Origin: Eutreptiella sp. 'Long Island Sound 2002'
Taxonomy: Eukaryota > Protista > Euglenida
Length of the DNA: 64,000 bases
Direction of reading: 5' to 3'
Assembly: GCA_964036045.1 (NCBI GenBank)
Contig: OZ038378.1
Coordinates: 24,428,001-24,492,000, forward strand
Shown: positions 50,660 to 61,700 of the stretch, in pieces
How the letters are laid out: every line of letters begins with the position of its first letter
Position numbering within the stretch: the stretch's first letter is position 1
Translations under genes and position numbers: made by a program
Notes under the pieces: model-generated
Seen by the model: only the letters and a program-made list of their open reading frames with translations
Told to the model about the DNA's origin: nothing
The model's database searches: none

Positions 50660-53600
50660 CAGGGGGATATGCTTTATCACCCCGTAGGTTTGAGGTTGGA
50701 GATTTCAGGTTTGAGGTTTCAGGCACTAGATGCCTTTCGGCCCCGGTGGGCCACTTGGGCGGGCCAGGTGATGTTTTCCCCACTGGGGCCTAGTTGGGGG
50801 CCCTTCATGACGCACCTCCTGCTTGGTGGCGGCTTCCGCGGGGTTTACGGGGCTCGGAGCCCTGGCCCTCCCCGGCTTCCCCCTTTCGCCACTCCCCGGT
50901 CAGTGTGTTACAAGGCAACTAGGTTGCAGGCGCTTACCCACTACTTCGTCCCCCTAATGCATGGTTGCCCGGCCTGCTGGCGCCGCCGGGCCCGTGCTAC
51001 TGGCTTGATGCCAGTGGGACCCCCATAGGTTGGCGCATAGGCTGCCTAGCGGCGGGGCTGATGCGTCATGCTTTGCACCACTACTGCCTTGGCGGGTGCA
51101 GTGCCCTGTTGGTGTGTGTGCGGCACTCGCGGCACGTCAGGGGGGCGGGTTTGGTGCCGGGTCTCGTTTTGTCTCCCCCCCCTCGCGTCCCCCGCGGTGC
51201 TTGTAGCCCGTTGCCCCTTCTGGGTGTCCCTTGTCCTCGCTTGCACTGGTACGCCATTCCAGGTGGTCCGTTCGTTCCGCGAGCTCGGTCCGATTGCCTT
51301 TTTGGTGCGTGCCCCCTGCCCGTTGTGTGGTTCTTCACTCGCGCTCCCGTGGTGTCCGTGTCGCCCGGCCTCCTCTCCCTTTTTGCGCGCCCACTTCGCG
51401 CGGTCCCCTCGCAGGGCGCTGGTAGGGCTGTTTTTGGTGGTCCATGCCCCTCCGCGTTTCCTTATAGGGTCCCGTGCTCCTCCTGCCTAGCGTTGGGCGG
51501 GAGGGGGGGTGGCCCGGTCCCTGTGTCTCCCTGCTTGGCTTCCATCGCGCGCCCCCACGGGGCTGGGTGTGTGTGGCCAGGGCAGCCCGTTGTCCGGATG
51601 GGCTGGGCGGGGCAGGGGGGCGGATGGGGGCCCCGGCTGTGGTTGGCTCACCTGCCGGGGGTCTCTGAGCTAGGCTGCCGTGTGGTGCCTGGTGGGACGT
51701 GGAAACTTCTTGTTGCCGCCCAGGTGAGGGGTGTCGGAGGCGGTGGCGGCCGGTCGCGGTGAAGCTCCGGCGTCCGGCGTGGCGCGGCATCGCGTAGCCC
51801 GCGGGGGGCTGGCTCAGCTGTCCCTCCCCCCTCCCTGCACGGGCACTAAAGCGGTTTCCCACTGCGTCACTTTGGCTGGTGAGGGTGTTGCCTCCATACT
51901 GTTCCCGTTTGTTTCCGTGTGCTTCTGGGCGCCGCGTGGGCGCCGCCCAAGGAGGGGCTCCCGTGGCCTGTTTACTGCCTTCGCTCACCTCGCCGCCTCG
52001 GTGGGCGACTGGCACGGCTGTGTAGGGGTAGCTGTTGGGCCCCGGTTGGCGTGGAGCCGCGGGGGCGGGGGGGGGGTGGGGATTGCTGGGGGTCCCCGTT
52101 CGCCGCTGCGTCCTCCGATCACGTCCCTAGCTTGCTTTCCTCCCGTGCGGGGCGCAGGAAGCGCCGCCTGCGCGCGCCCATCTCTGGGGCTTCTGAGCTT
52201 TCACCTGGCGCGTGGAGGTTGCCCCCAAGTCGGCGGGACCCCGGGACCATCGCTGGTCTGCGAGCGTGCGCGGTGCTGCATGCGGAGGTCACGGGGAGCA
52301 GAGACGGTGGAGTGGCGGTCAAGGGGGATATGGCGCAGGGTTTAGGCTGGCCCAAGCATTCAATTGCCAGTTTTCCGGTCTCGCCGGTCACCTGGCGGTG
52401 AAAGACGGTGTGCCTGAGTCGTTGGTGGTTTGGGGCCTCGTGTGACGGCTGCCCAGCCAACTGGCGGGCAGGGTTTGAGTTCAGGGGGACAGCGGGTCAG
52501 CACTGGAACCGAGGCCTCTGCTCCTCGCGGCAGGCGTGCGGCGGGGGCTGCCCTGACGCCGGGTCAGTCCACCGTGTACACCACGCGGCTCTGCAGGTCA
52601 GCCCCGCCTGTCGGCAAACCCCCCCCTGCCCGCACGTCGCCCCCCCCCCCCCCCCCTGGCGGGGGGCCCCGTCCTCCCCCCCTCCGGCTCCTCGGAGCTC
52701 ACCGCGGCCAGGTGCGGCGACGGGGCGCTCGGCCACGACGGGGCGCTCCACCCAAAGGCAAAGCGCGTGGGCGTCCTGGTGCAGGATTGCCCCCGGGAAG
52801 GGCGGCAAGCAGCTCAGGGCGAGGTGGACCGTCACATTGCCGGCGGCGTCGGACGCCACAGCCAGGTTTCCCGTTTTGCCGGTCTGCGTCGTCCAGCACA
52901 TACCATGTGGGCCCTGCCTCTGGCGGACTCAGAGGGGCTGGCGGGCTGGCCTTTGCCTAGGCAGTGCAGCCTGCGTGCCCTGTGGCGTGGTGCAATGGCG
53001 CGCAGTGACGTGCAGGTCCGAAGGCCCACTCCCAGGGGGGGCAGTGACCCCCCCGGTCTGGCAGGGGGGGTCTCGCGGCCCATCGCGCTGCGGCGGGGGT
53101 CACGGGCTGTTGTTCCCCTTGTCTCCCGCCGCAGACGCAGGTCTGGCTGCGCCGGGGTGGCGTGGTGTGCTCGGCCTCTCAGGGGGGGGGGGGCAGTGAT
53201 CTCTCTGCGCCAGGCCGTTCCGTCTTGGCGAGGGCCAATGGCGGCGGTGCGCGTCACTGCCTCCGCGGACTTCAGGCCTGGGGCAGCGGCAATTGGCCAG
53301 GCAGATGTCAGGGGGCGGTGGCCCGGGCTACCCCCCCTTTGTCCCCGGGTGACATCTGTGCTGGCCGGGGTCAGGGGTGCCAGGCGGGTCACAGAGGTAG
53401 GTGGGCCCCCAGGTCCGCCAGTGCCGTGGCGTCGCGTATCGCTGGCGCGTGGGTCCTCACATAGTTTTCCGTGCCATGCCCGCTGCACGTGTCCCGCGTG
53501 AGCTCCTTGTCATGCTGTCATGGTCTGGTGGTCGTCCCGGGGGGGGGGGGGGGGGGGGGGGGGGGCGATCCCCCCGGGCTGCAGGGGGGGGGGTCTTGCG

Positions 53601-53930
53601 GTGCGCCTCGTTGTGGTACGGTGGTGCAGAGGTGCGGCGGCCCGCCGCGGGGGGGCGGTGGTCCTCCCGGTATGAGAAAAAAAGGGGGGGTGTTGAGGCG
53701 TGCCCCGCTTCCGCGGGGGCTACTGGCAGTGGCCGTTGTCCCCCTGGCCGCACACCGCAGACGCAAAGGGGGGCGTGCCGGCCGTTGCAGGGGGATGCAG
53801 GGATGCGGGGATGCGTCCCTCCCTCCTTTGGCGGCCGGGAGCCATGGCCTGGGACGGTGGGTACTGGTCAAGCGGCCCAAGTGGGAGTGTACAAAATCAA
53901 CAATGCTTTTATGTGATATTCGCCTGTGCC
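50660..53930. mobile_element. Unclassified very GC-rich decayed repeat, about 3.3 kb
   Basis: Abrupt high-GC block with G/C homopolymers and many overlapping low-complexity ORFs; no recognisable domain. Confidence 0.35.
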
Positions 53931-54030
53931 ATAATATGCCCCAAAACCATACCAAAACATTGAGGGAGTGTACAACTGAATACTCAGTATGTCATAGTGA
54001 CCCTTAGCGGGAATCAGCACGAATGGCGCG

Positions 54031-54131
54031 CAGTGTGTTTTGCGTTTTTGCTCCCTGTGTGGCGCCTTGCGCCCAGTGTGTTTGCGTTTTCACGCCCTGT
54101 GTAGCGCCTTACACCCAGTGCGTCTGCGTTT
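54031..54131. repeat. About 42-bp tandem repeat, 2.5 copies
   Basis: cagtgtg..tgcgtttt..ccctgtgt.gcgcctt at 54031, 54074 and 54116. Confidence 0.8.
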
Positions 54132-56483
54132 AGAATAGAATCAAGCATGCATGGATGCGTTAGTTACAGACTCAGATAGGCGTGAATGCGTAACAGTGCA
54201 AAGCGGCACACAGAAGACAGTTGCATGCGACACAGCACATACGAAAGCTGAGATAAAGAGAACTGCGAGTTTTGATGATTGCTGTGTAGAATATTCATGC
54301 TTGCATCTAATGCAAACGCCTGCATCATTTGACTGTGTAGGCTGTTCGCTCCTAACATGTTTGGGAGTCGTCGAGAACTCAGATGATCAGCCGTTCAAGA
54401 AGTATCAATGGTGCTTGCTGTATGTGCAGGGATGCAGGAGTAAGGGAGCAATTCGAGGATTTTGCATTTTGAGTTCTGAAAAACTTTCTGGAGTATCAAA
54501 AAAGCAAGCAAGGTGAAAATCTGCAGTAGCGCTGAAGAAAAATAGACAAGACGTAAATGTTAATAGTCCATGAATGAGCAACAATTTCTCAAAACATTGG
54601 GTTTCATATGGAGCAATGGTATTAATCGTCATTCAAGTTTGGTTGAGACATTGGGGGAAATTTTATCCACGGAACTTGATCGCTTTCAATATGGTTGAAA
54701 GGCACTTAAAGCTTAATTTTGATTCAAAATGAGGATTTAGCTTTTGTATTATATGCCATTGCAGCCATGAGTTGTTGCTAGATATTCCATTGTTTCTTCT
54801 TTCAACACTATTTGTAACATAGCTCAACATGGGTGCTGGCCTTTGCGTCATCTTTTTTTTTGGCTTATTCTCATTGAGATTGAGCTATTCAGTAATTTGC
54901 ACTTTTCCCCAACATATGGTGGTTTTACAGAAAATGAATAGGATTTTCAGATTCAGCATTCCATTCCGCATCTATAGAGTGGTCATATGACTACTTCAAA
55001 TTTCTGACCAATTTTGGCCCGTGAGCGCACCGCCTACTCCATGGGCGAATCCTACTCAGTTCTGAGGTCATCAGGGCAGTTCCTACTGAGTTCTGAAGAC
55101 ATGAATTAATTTTTTCCTGAGCTACAGAAAATTCTTGGAAGACATTTGAAGTGATTGTCCATAATTTTTTATTAAGGAGAATCCATTTTTCTTGCGTCTG
55201 TTTTACTATCTTCACAGGAGGCCTGATTTCTGCAGTATTCCATTTTTGCCATGATCTGAAGTCACTATTCACTGTTGCAGCCATTTCCAGAGTGCAGACT
55301 GAAGGCGCTTATGCAAAATCCTGAGCGATTCTGAAGCATACATGCATGCATACACGCAAGTGCAAGGCCAAACATCACCCATTGTTTGTCTGTTCATTGT
55401 GCAGCCCCATCAAGTTCTTCATTGGTTTTATTGATCCCATTTCTGCTCGTCTTGAAATCTTGGTCTGGTTTTATTTTCCATCGAAATCTTTGTGTACCTG
55501 AAATGGAACAGGAACAAACCCCAAAGCAAGTTCATCCAGAAGTTACCGAGAATATTCAAACAGAGGAACAAGATGCAAAGCGGGAATCTAGCAGTGGTAG
55601 CAGAGGTATGGATGCGACCGTGCACGATATCGATTCCACACGTCAAAGCGTTGACCTCGCGAGTTCTAGCAACGTCCACAACCAACAAGCGTCGCTGGCG
55701 ACTTTTGTTCACGGCGCACTCGAAGACGATGGGGCGAATCAAGAAAGGCAACCATTATTTCAATCATATGAAAGTTATCGGCGCATGGGAAAACAAGAAC
55801 TGGATTCTATTGGTGATCCTTATGCTTTGTTACTGGCTGGTTTGGAAGAATGCGAGCATGTTTTACGCGTCGAAGAAGAGAGCATGCAGAATGTCTTTTA
55901 CCTACGCTGGCTTTTAATAAGACAGCAGCTTCAATTCAAGAGCGCGACGCGCGCAGACGTTTGACCAGTTCGTTTCCAGATACGAGTTTACCGAGTTTCC
56001 CGTCAGGATCTACTACGACACCTGTTCCTTTCATTCCACTGACAATTATACTGGAACCGATGTTGTCACCGAAGGGCCACGGTTCAGGAGACGATCACGG
56101 AGTACTTGTTTGGGCGTCGAGTTCAGAAGTTGGTCACAATATCTCCGCAGGGTCTTATGACTTACCTGAGACAAAATTTGCAAAGGACCTTAAGGATTAA
56201 ATTGGCGATTTTACAGAAGAGGAGCACGGGAAGGTGAGCGACTGGCTGCAAGAATATTTATTCAGGGATCTCAAGGAGAAAATGAAGCACGAAGCTATCG
56301 AAGTACGAGAGAAGCGTACGCGCAAGACGCTTAAGGGAAAATCCAAAGTCGAGTTGATAAGACTCTCTCTGACAGCTCCGAGGATGAAATCCTGGAGACG
56401 GATGACCCACTTCTTTCGAAGTTGCCCCAGCGTATTGATGGATTAACGAGCAGATCTCCAGGACGTCCGAGGACATTCAGCGT

Positions 56484-57863
56484 ATGCCAACCTCCAGTCG
56501 TTCACCACCTGCTACAAAAAGTCCCTTTGTCACGCGAGAGTCATCGGCTTTTGCAACACTTACTGAAGTTTGTGGCGGTTTGAATAAACATGAATGGACG
56601 GATGACAGTGGGGAGGATACGACTCACGCTCTGAAAATGGAAATTCCACCGTTCGATGGGCGCAACGTTAAGAAGTATGCGGAACAATTTGGTAGATACT
56701 TGGTGCTTACTTGCAAAGCCGAAGCCAAGGATCGGGTGAAAGCTAATCTCATCGTTCAAGGCATCAAAGATCCCGATCTTCAAGAACGAGTCTCCAAATT
56801 GCTCAAAAAGGCCACCACCTTTGAGGATTTTCTGAACAAACTCCAAGACCTCTATCCTATTCTGGAGACGGATCTATCAATTCTTGGTGAGATTTCGAAG
56901 GTGTCCCATTTACCTTATGATCCAAAACCAGAGCAAGTGGTCAAATTATTGGAAACACTGGAAAGGTTGTTTGACAAGTTGAACCCAGGGGTTATGACTG
57001 AGGAGCGCCAACTTATGGAGCTTTCTGCGAAGATCAATGGTAAATTATTCTTTGAGTGGACCAAGGATGATAACCGTTTCACACGGATGCAGTCTTATGG
57101 TTTACTGAAGGATCTCATGAAGGAGCGCGCACAGCTTTGTGTCGGTTTTAAAAATCTTGCCGCTTCGCGTGGTTCTGCTTTCGGGCGCACTGCTTCGAAT
57201 CGATACCAAGAAAAGCAGAGAGATAAGGAAAAGGACACCTCTTTTTCTAGTGGACCACCGTCTGAAAGTTCTCCCAACAAGCCGGACATTGATGAGCTCC
57301 TCTCCCGATGCCACGCGATGATCGCAGAGGCAAGAGTCTCTGAGAAAGAAGGCAAGGGCGACAAAGGAGGAAAAGGTTCTGGCAAAGGAAAAGGTCGAGG
57401 AAAAGGAAAACGCTTAGGAGGCAGAGGAGACAAAGGACAGCTGGACCCCAATGCATTGATCGCCGCATTTAAGGCGCGCATTCAGTGTAAGCATTGCCGT
57501 AAGACGAGCCACTACAGCGCTCACTGCTTTGAGATCCAAAGGCAACAGAAAGAGGAAAGACTCAAGGCCTTCCTGATCCAGTCCGGTCTCAGTGAGGAAG
57601 CAGCCCAAAAGGCGGTGGAAGACGCCAAGAAGACATGGAAGGACCAGAAGCAAAAGGGACCAAAAGATGGCCCGAGAAATAAAAATACCTCCGGCCCTGC
57701 CGCAGCAGGTGCTGGTTCTGGAGCCCCCTCAGCACAGACCAAACCGATGCAGGAGGACACTGAGAGCCAAGCCAAGAATAGGAAGAGAGATCTTGCATTT
57801 TCAGAAGTTGAGAAAATTGTGGACCTGCTTCGAGCAACTGTCAAGGACGGTCTCACGTTGTGA
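56484..57863 (+). CDS. gag: Gag (open part) with CCHC zinc knuckle
   Basis: 459-aa ORF with IPPFDG and CX2CX4HX4C. Upstream fragments 55503-56450 probably form the N-terminus. Confidence 0.85.
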   Translation: MPTSSRSPPATKSPFVTRESSAFATLTEVCGGLNKHEWTDDSGEDTTHALKMEIPPFDGRNVKKYAEQFGRYLVLTCKAEAKDRVKANLIVQGIKDPDLQERVSKLLKKATTFEDFLNKLQDLYPILETDLSILGEISKVSHLPYDPKPEQVVKLLETLERLFDKLNPGVMTEERQLMELSAKINGKLFFEWTKDDNRFTRMQSYGLLKDLMKERAQLCVGFKNLAASRGSAFGRTASNRYQEKQRDKEKDTSFSSGPPSESSPNKPDIDELLSRCHAMIAEARVSEKEGKGDKGGKGSGKGKGRGKGKRLGGRGDKGQLDPNALIAAFKARIQCKHCRKTSHYSAHCFEIQRQQKEERLKAFLIQSGLSEEAAQKAVEDAKKTWKDQKQKGPKDGPRNKNTSGPAAAGAGSGAPSAQTKPMQEDTESQAKNRKRDLAFSEVEKIVDLLRATVKDGLTL

Positions 57864-58289
57864 CTACACGTGGTTGTGGAGGAGGAGATGTGTGACGCTG
57901 TCTTGGATACTGGTGCAACCGATTCCATTGTGGCTTCATCATTGGTGTCAGATCCGAATCGCAGGGGTTATTGTGCCATCAAGGTGTACGATGGGCAATG
58001 CACGTACATTGAAGCAGAGAAATCCGTGGATGTGTGCATGGGCAATTTTACTCTTCCTCATGTTTGTATCGTTCTGCAGATTTCGGCTTTTCAGGTATGT
58101 CTTGGCATGAATTTCATCCGCCAAAACGCAAAAACGATTCTGGGTTTGATTTTTACTCCATCAAGACTCATTGTCAAAAATCCAGAGACTGATGAACTAT
58201 CCTTGGTATCGCTATCTGAAAAGTCCTCTCAGAATGAAGGACAAAACGGACTGCCACCTGCTCAAGCATCATTGAGAATCGCCCGGAGA

Positions 58290-58710
58290 GAAGCCTACAG
58301 TTTGTTACCTTCACTGAGGGAGCAAGTCCTTATCGACCTTGGTGTTTTGAGACCCACCGTGGACTTGTACGCCAACGCCAAAAATCATAGCGAACCGTTG
58401 CATAGCACTCCCCTCAATTCATGTTATGCCTACAACTGCAACGACTTTCAGTTCTGCTGTGCTAACCCCCCGTGGTGGCACCTCGAGAAGATGGTTACCA
58501 AGGCCGTGCTCGACAGAGCTCAAGTCATGGTTATTTGTGCTGATTGGTGCCAAACCGGGGAAGCTGCTGCATGGCGACCATTTTTGGACCGCATGACTAA
58601 GGTCCTATGCCTGATGTACCCCTCTATCTCCCAGATTGGGTGACCAGCCCATTACCAGCCCCACGCTGGGGAAGCATTGCATCTCTCATCGTTGGCAATG
58701 ATTGGGATAT
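58290..58710 (+). pseudogene. Dam-like N6-adenine DNA methyltransferase domain within pol
   Basis: PTVDLYA..N, NSCYAYN, ANPPW (58461-58475), LEKMVTK, VMVICADW, WRPFL and LPAPRW match in order the DIRS-type MTase consensus P.IDLFA..N..DAF...W..ANPPF..I..VL.K..LI.P.W..W..L..LP.P.W. Frameshift at about 58605. Confidence 0.85.
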
Positions 58711-61700
58711 TTCGTTGGATGAACTGAATCCCAAAGTGGTCAAGTTCCTCCATCGAGTAAACCGTGGTTTAACTCGGTCTGATCTGATGAAACGATACGG
58801 GCACGATACACCTGCAGCAACGACGAAGGACGAGTCTGAAGTCCAAGAAATTCACCCTCCAACGGAATCAGATGAAGAACAGGACACTGGCGCTCAAGAT
58901 GCTGAAGTTGACAAGGTGGACATTCAGTGGGAAGAGGTCAGTTAGGATCCTGCAGACGTGCAATGAGATGAAGTCAGTGAAGACGGCGATCTGGCGGATC
59001 TCAATCTCGCTCAGCCCCTGAAGTACAACCCATTCCCAAGCATCCACGAAGATTATTCGCACCGAATCAAGGATTTACTGAGTGAAGTGGATTTCGAGGA
59101 TTCAGTTATCGGAGGTGTACAAGATTTTACCATGTCACGTCTGGTCCTACATGCTATGCAAGAGTATGGCGTGTCCATGCAAGTGGATGAAGACAAAGCA
59201 AGTATTGCCAAACCACGTGGATGGCCGGTCTCGAAGGAAGACTTACCCTCTTTGAAGGAGGACATTGGGCTCCGAATCTTCCAGATATCGGAGGAACAAC
59301 AAAGGAGAGAGCTCAAGGACAGATGGAAGAGCCATTACAACTAGTTCACAAGTAGGAGCGTTGACGGAGACGAAACAGATTGGTTTTATCAGTTTCACGA
59401 TGACGAGCGCTTTATCGTGGATGGCAAGGATGTTTACTTGGATGTCACAGCTCTAAGTAGCGAATGATTCTCCGTGTCAAGGGACGAGACGGGAAATCCA
59501 ATTTGGCAGCCGCAGATGATTTTGAGGAGAAGATCAAAGATTTGCCAAAGTTCAGGAAGTCCTACGCCGGAGGAAAGTTGCCTTTGGACCTCTGATGGCT
59601 CATGGTTCATGTGAAAAGGTGGTCACCATGCACTTGGAATTGTTTGATGAACATAAAAGTACCACAGTACGTTCAAAGCCTTTTCCAGCTAGCAAGGCCG
59701 ACAGTGAGAAAATCATGCGTCAGATCACTGAATGCGTTGCGGCCGACCTAGCTGAGAAATATGAGCAAGCGGAGTATCCAAAGCACTGCTCTCCCTGTTT
59801 CTTGGTTGACAAACCAGGGAGCAACGCCAAAAGGTTGGTTGTCCACTATGGGAAAGCTGAATAAGCTCACCAAGAAACATTCAGGAAGTCTACCCAGTTT
59901 GGAACAAGCGCTGGAAAGAGCCGCTCATTGCCGTTACAAATGCAAATTTGATAAGCGCAGTGGTTTCTGGCAAGTGGAGTTAACGAAAGGAGCGCAGGAT
60001 GTGTCAGCATTTATTGCACCTAATGGTCACGTGTTCAAATGGAAAGTCATGCCGTTTGGCTTGACGAACGCTCCAGCAACTTTCCAGGAGCTCATGAACC
60101 AGGTGGTGGCCCGGATGAAGCTGAAACGGACGCTGCAAGCAGTGCTGAAAAAGGGAGCAGTCATCCCGGTCTATACAGACGATGTCTTATTGGGGACCGA
60201 TGACGCTGATGATCACTTACGCTTGGTGGAACAATTTTTACGCACTTGTGAGGAATGCAATACCCGATTCAAGTTGGAAAAATGCGAGTTTATGCAGGAG
60301 GAAATTCAGTATTTAGGTTTCCAAGTCGGCTGGAGATGGTGGAGACCTGTGAAGGATCAAGTGACCCCTATTTTGAAGGCGACCATCAGGGATGACAAGA
60401 ACCATGGCGTTAAGGACATCAGGGCTTTTCTGTGATCCTGTAATTTTTACAGGAGACACATCCCCACTTTCACGTACAGTAGCCATCTCCTCACGGACTT
60501 GACCAAGAAAACTGTACCTTGGAAGTGGACTCCTGAGCATGAAGCTCAGTTTCAGGAGATCAAGGAAAAACTGAGTTCTTTGAGGTTGTTGGGCACACCT
60601 GCACCTGACGGCGAGTTCGTGGTCATCACGGATGCGTCTCTTGTGGGAGGCGGTGGTACCCTCCTGCAATGGCAGGGAACTCCAGGAGCAGCTGCAAAAA
60701 GAATAGCAGATGAATTGCGGACAGTTGGAGTTAATCGTGACGGGTCTCTCAAGCACAACTATGATTCGCAGGAATAGCATCTCGTACCCATTGGACACTG
60801 GGACTGGAAATGGCCCTCGAACAGAGCTACCTACAGCACGTATGAGCGTGAATTGCTCTCAGGAATTTTGCTTATTTCTGGACAAAGCCGACTGTTTGGC
60901 AGCAATTCGGTATCGTGGTTATGTGATCAGGAGTCCACGGAGACATTTTCCAAGGGAGCCCCTCCTGAAAACCGGAAGCTCAGGCGTTGGTGGACGTTTC
61001 TCGCGCAGCTGAAGCTCAATATCTACAGGGTACTGGGTCTGAAAAATGAGTTATGTTATTGGCTATCATGTGAGAATTTCGACGAGAAAATTTCTGCAAG
61101 CTCTGAGTCTCGCTCTTGAGAGACTTTTCAGATAATGGCCGTTCAGTGGGACCTCACCATGGGCAAAGCTTAACTACTCAACTCTCTACGGAAGTCTGAC
61201 TATTTGGAGGAGTATGAAGATATTTTGACAGCCCTTGGCGAAGCATCTTATGCACTGGTTGACAAGGAGCTTTCGTCGTTATCTTCAAGTGGGACATTGC
61301 GGAAGGAAGTACAAATGTGCATACCCAAGAAGGCGTTGGGCGCAGCGTTGCAGTGGACTAACGATGTTGTCGGTCATCCTGGACCGGATTCCTGGCTCTG
61401 AGCCTTCGAGAAGATGTTCCACACTCACATAGCTGACACAGAGTTGACACAGAAGATCGAGGACATGCACAGGACATGCAAGGAGTGCGTCACGAGCAAG
61501 CGGAACCGACCCAGTGATCGAGGCTTACTTGGTGTCTTGCCAGTTCCACACATGGTCAATGCACTGCTGTATATGGACTTCATTCACAGACCCAAGTGTC
61601 ATAACTACGACTATGCTTTGATGATTTTGGACACTCTGAGTGCTTAATGTCAAGTGGCACCTTGCAAGAAGACTATTGATGGAGAAGGCGTGCTGTAATT

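Noticed and set aside
50965-53916. Long overlapping ORFs (200-265 aa) in the GC-rich block
   Set aside because: Stop-codon scarcity at high GC explains them; low complexity and no domains.
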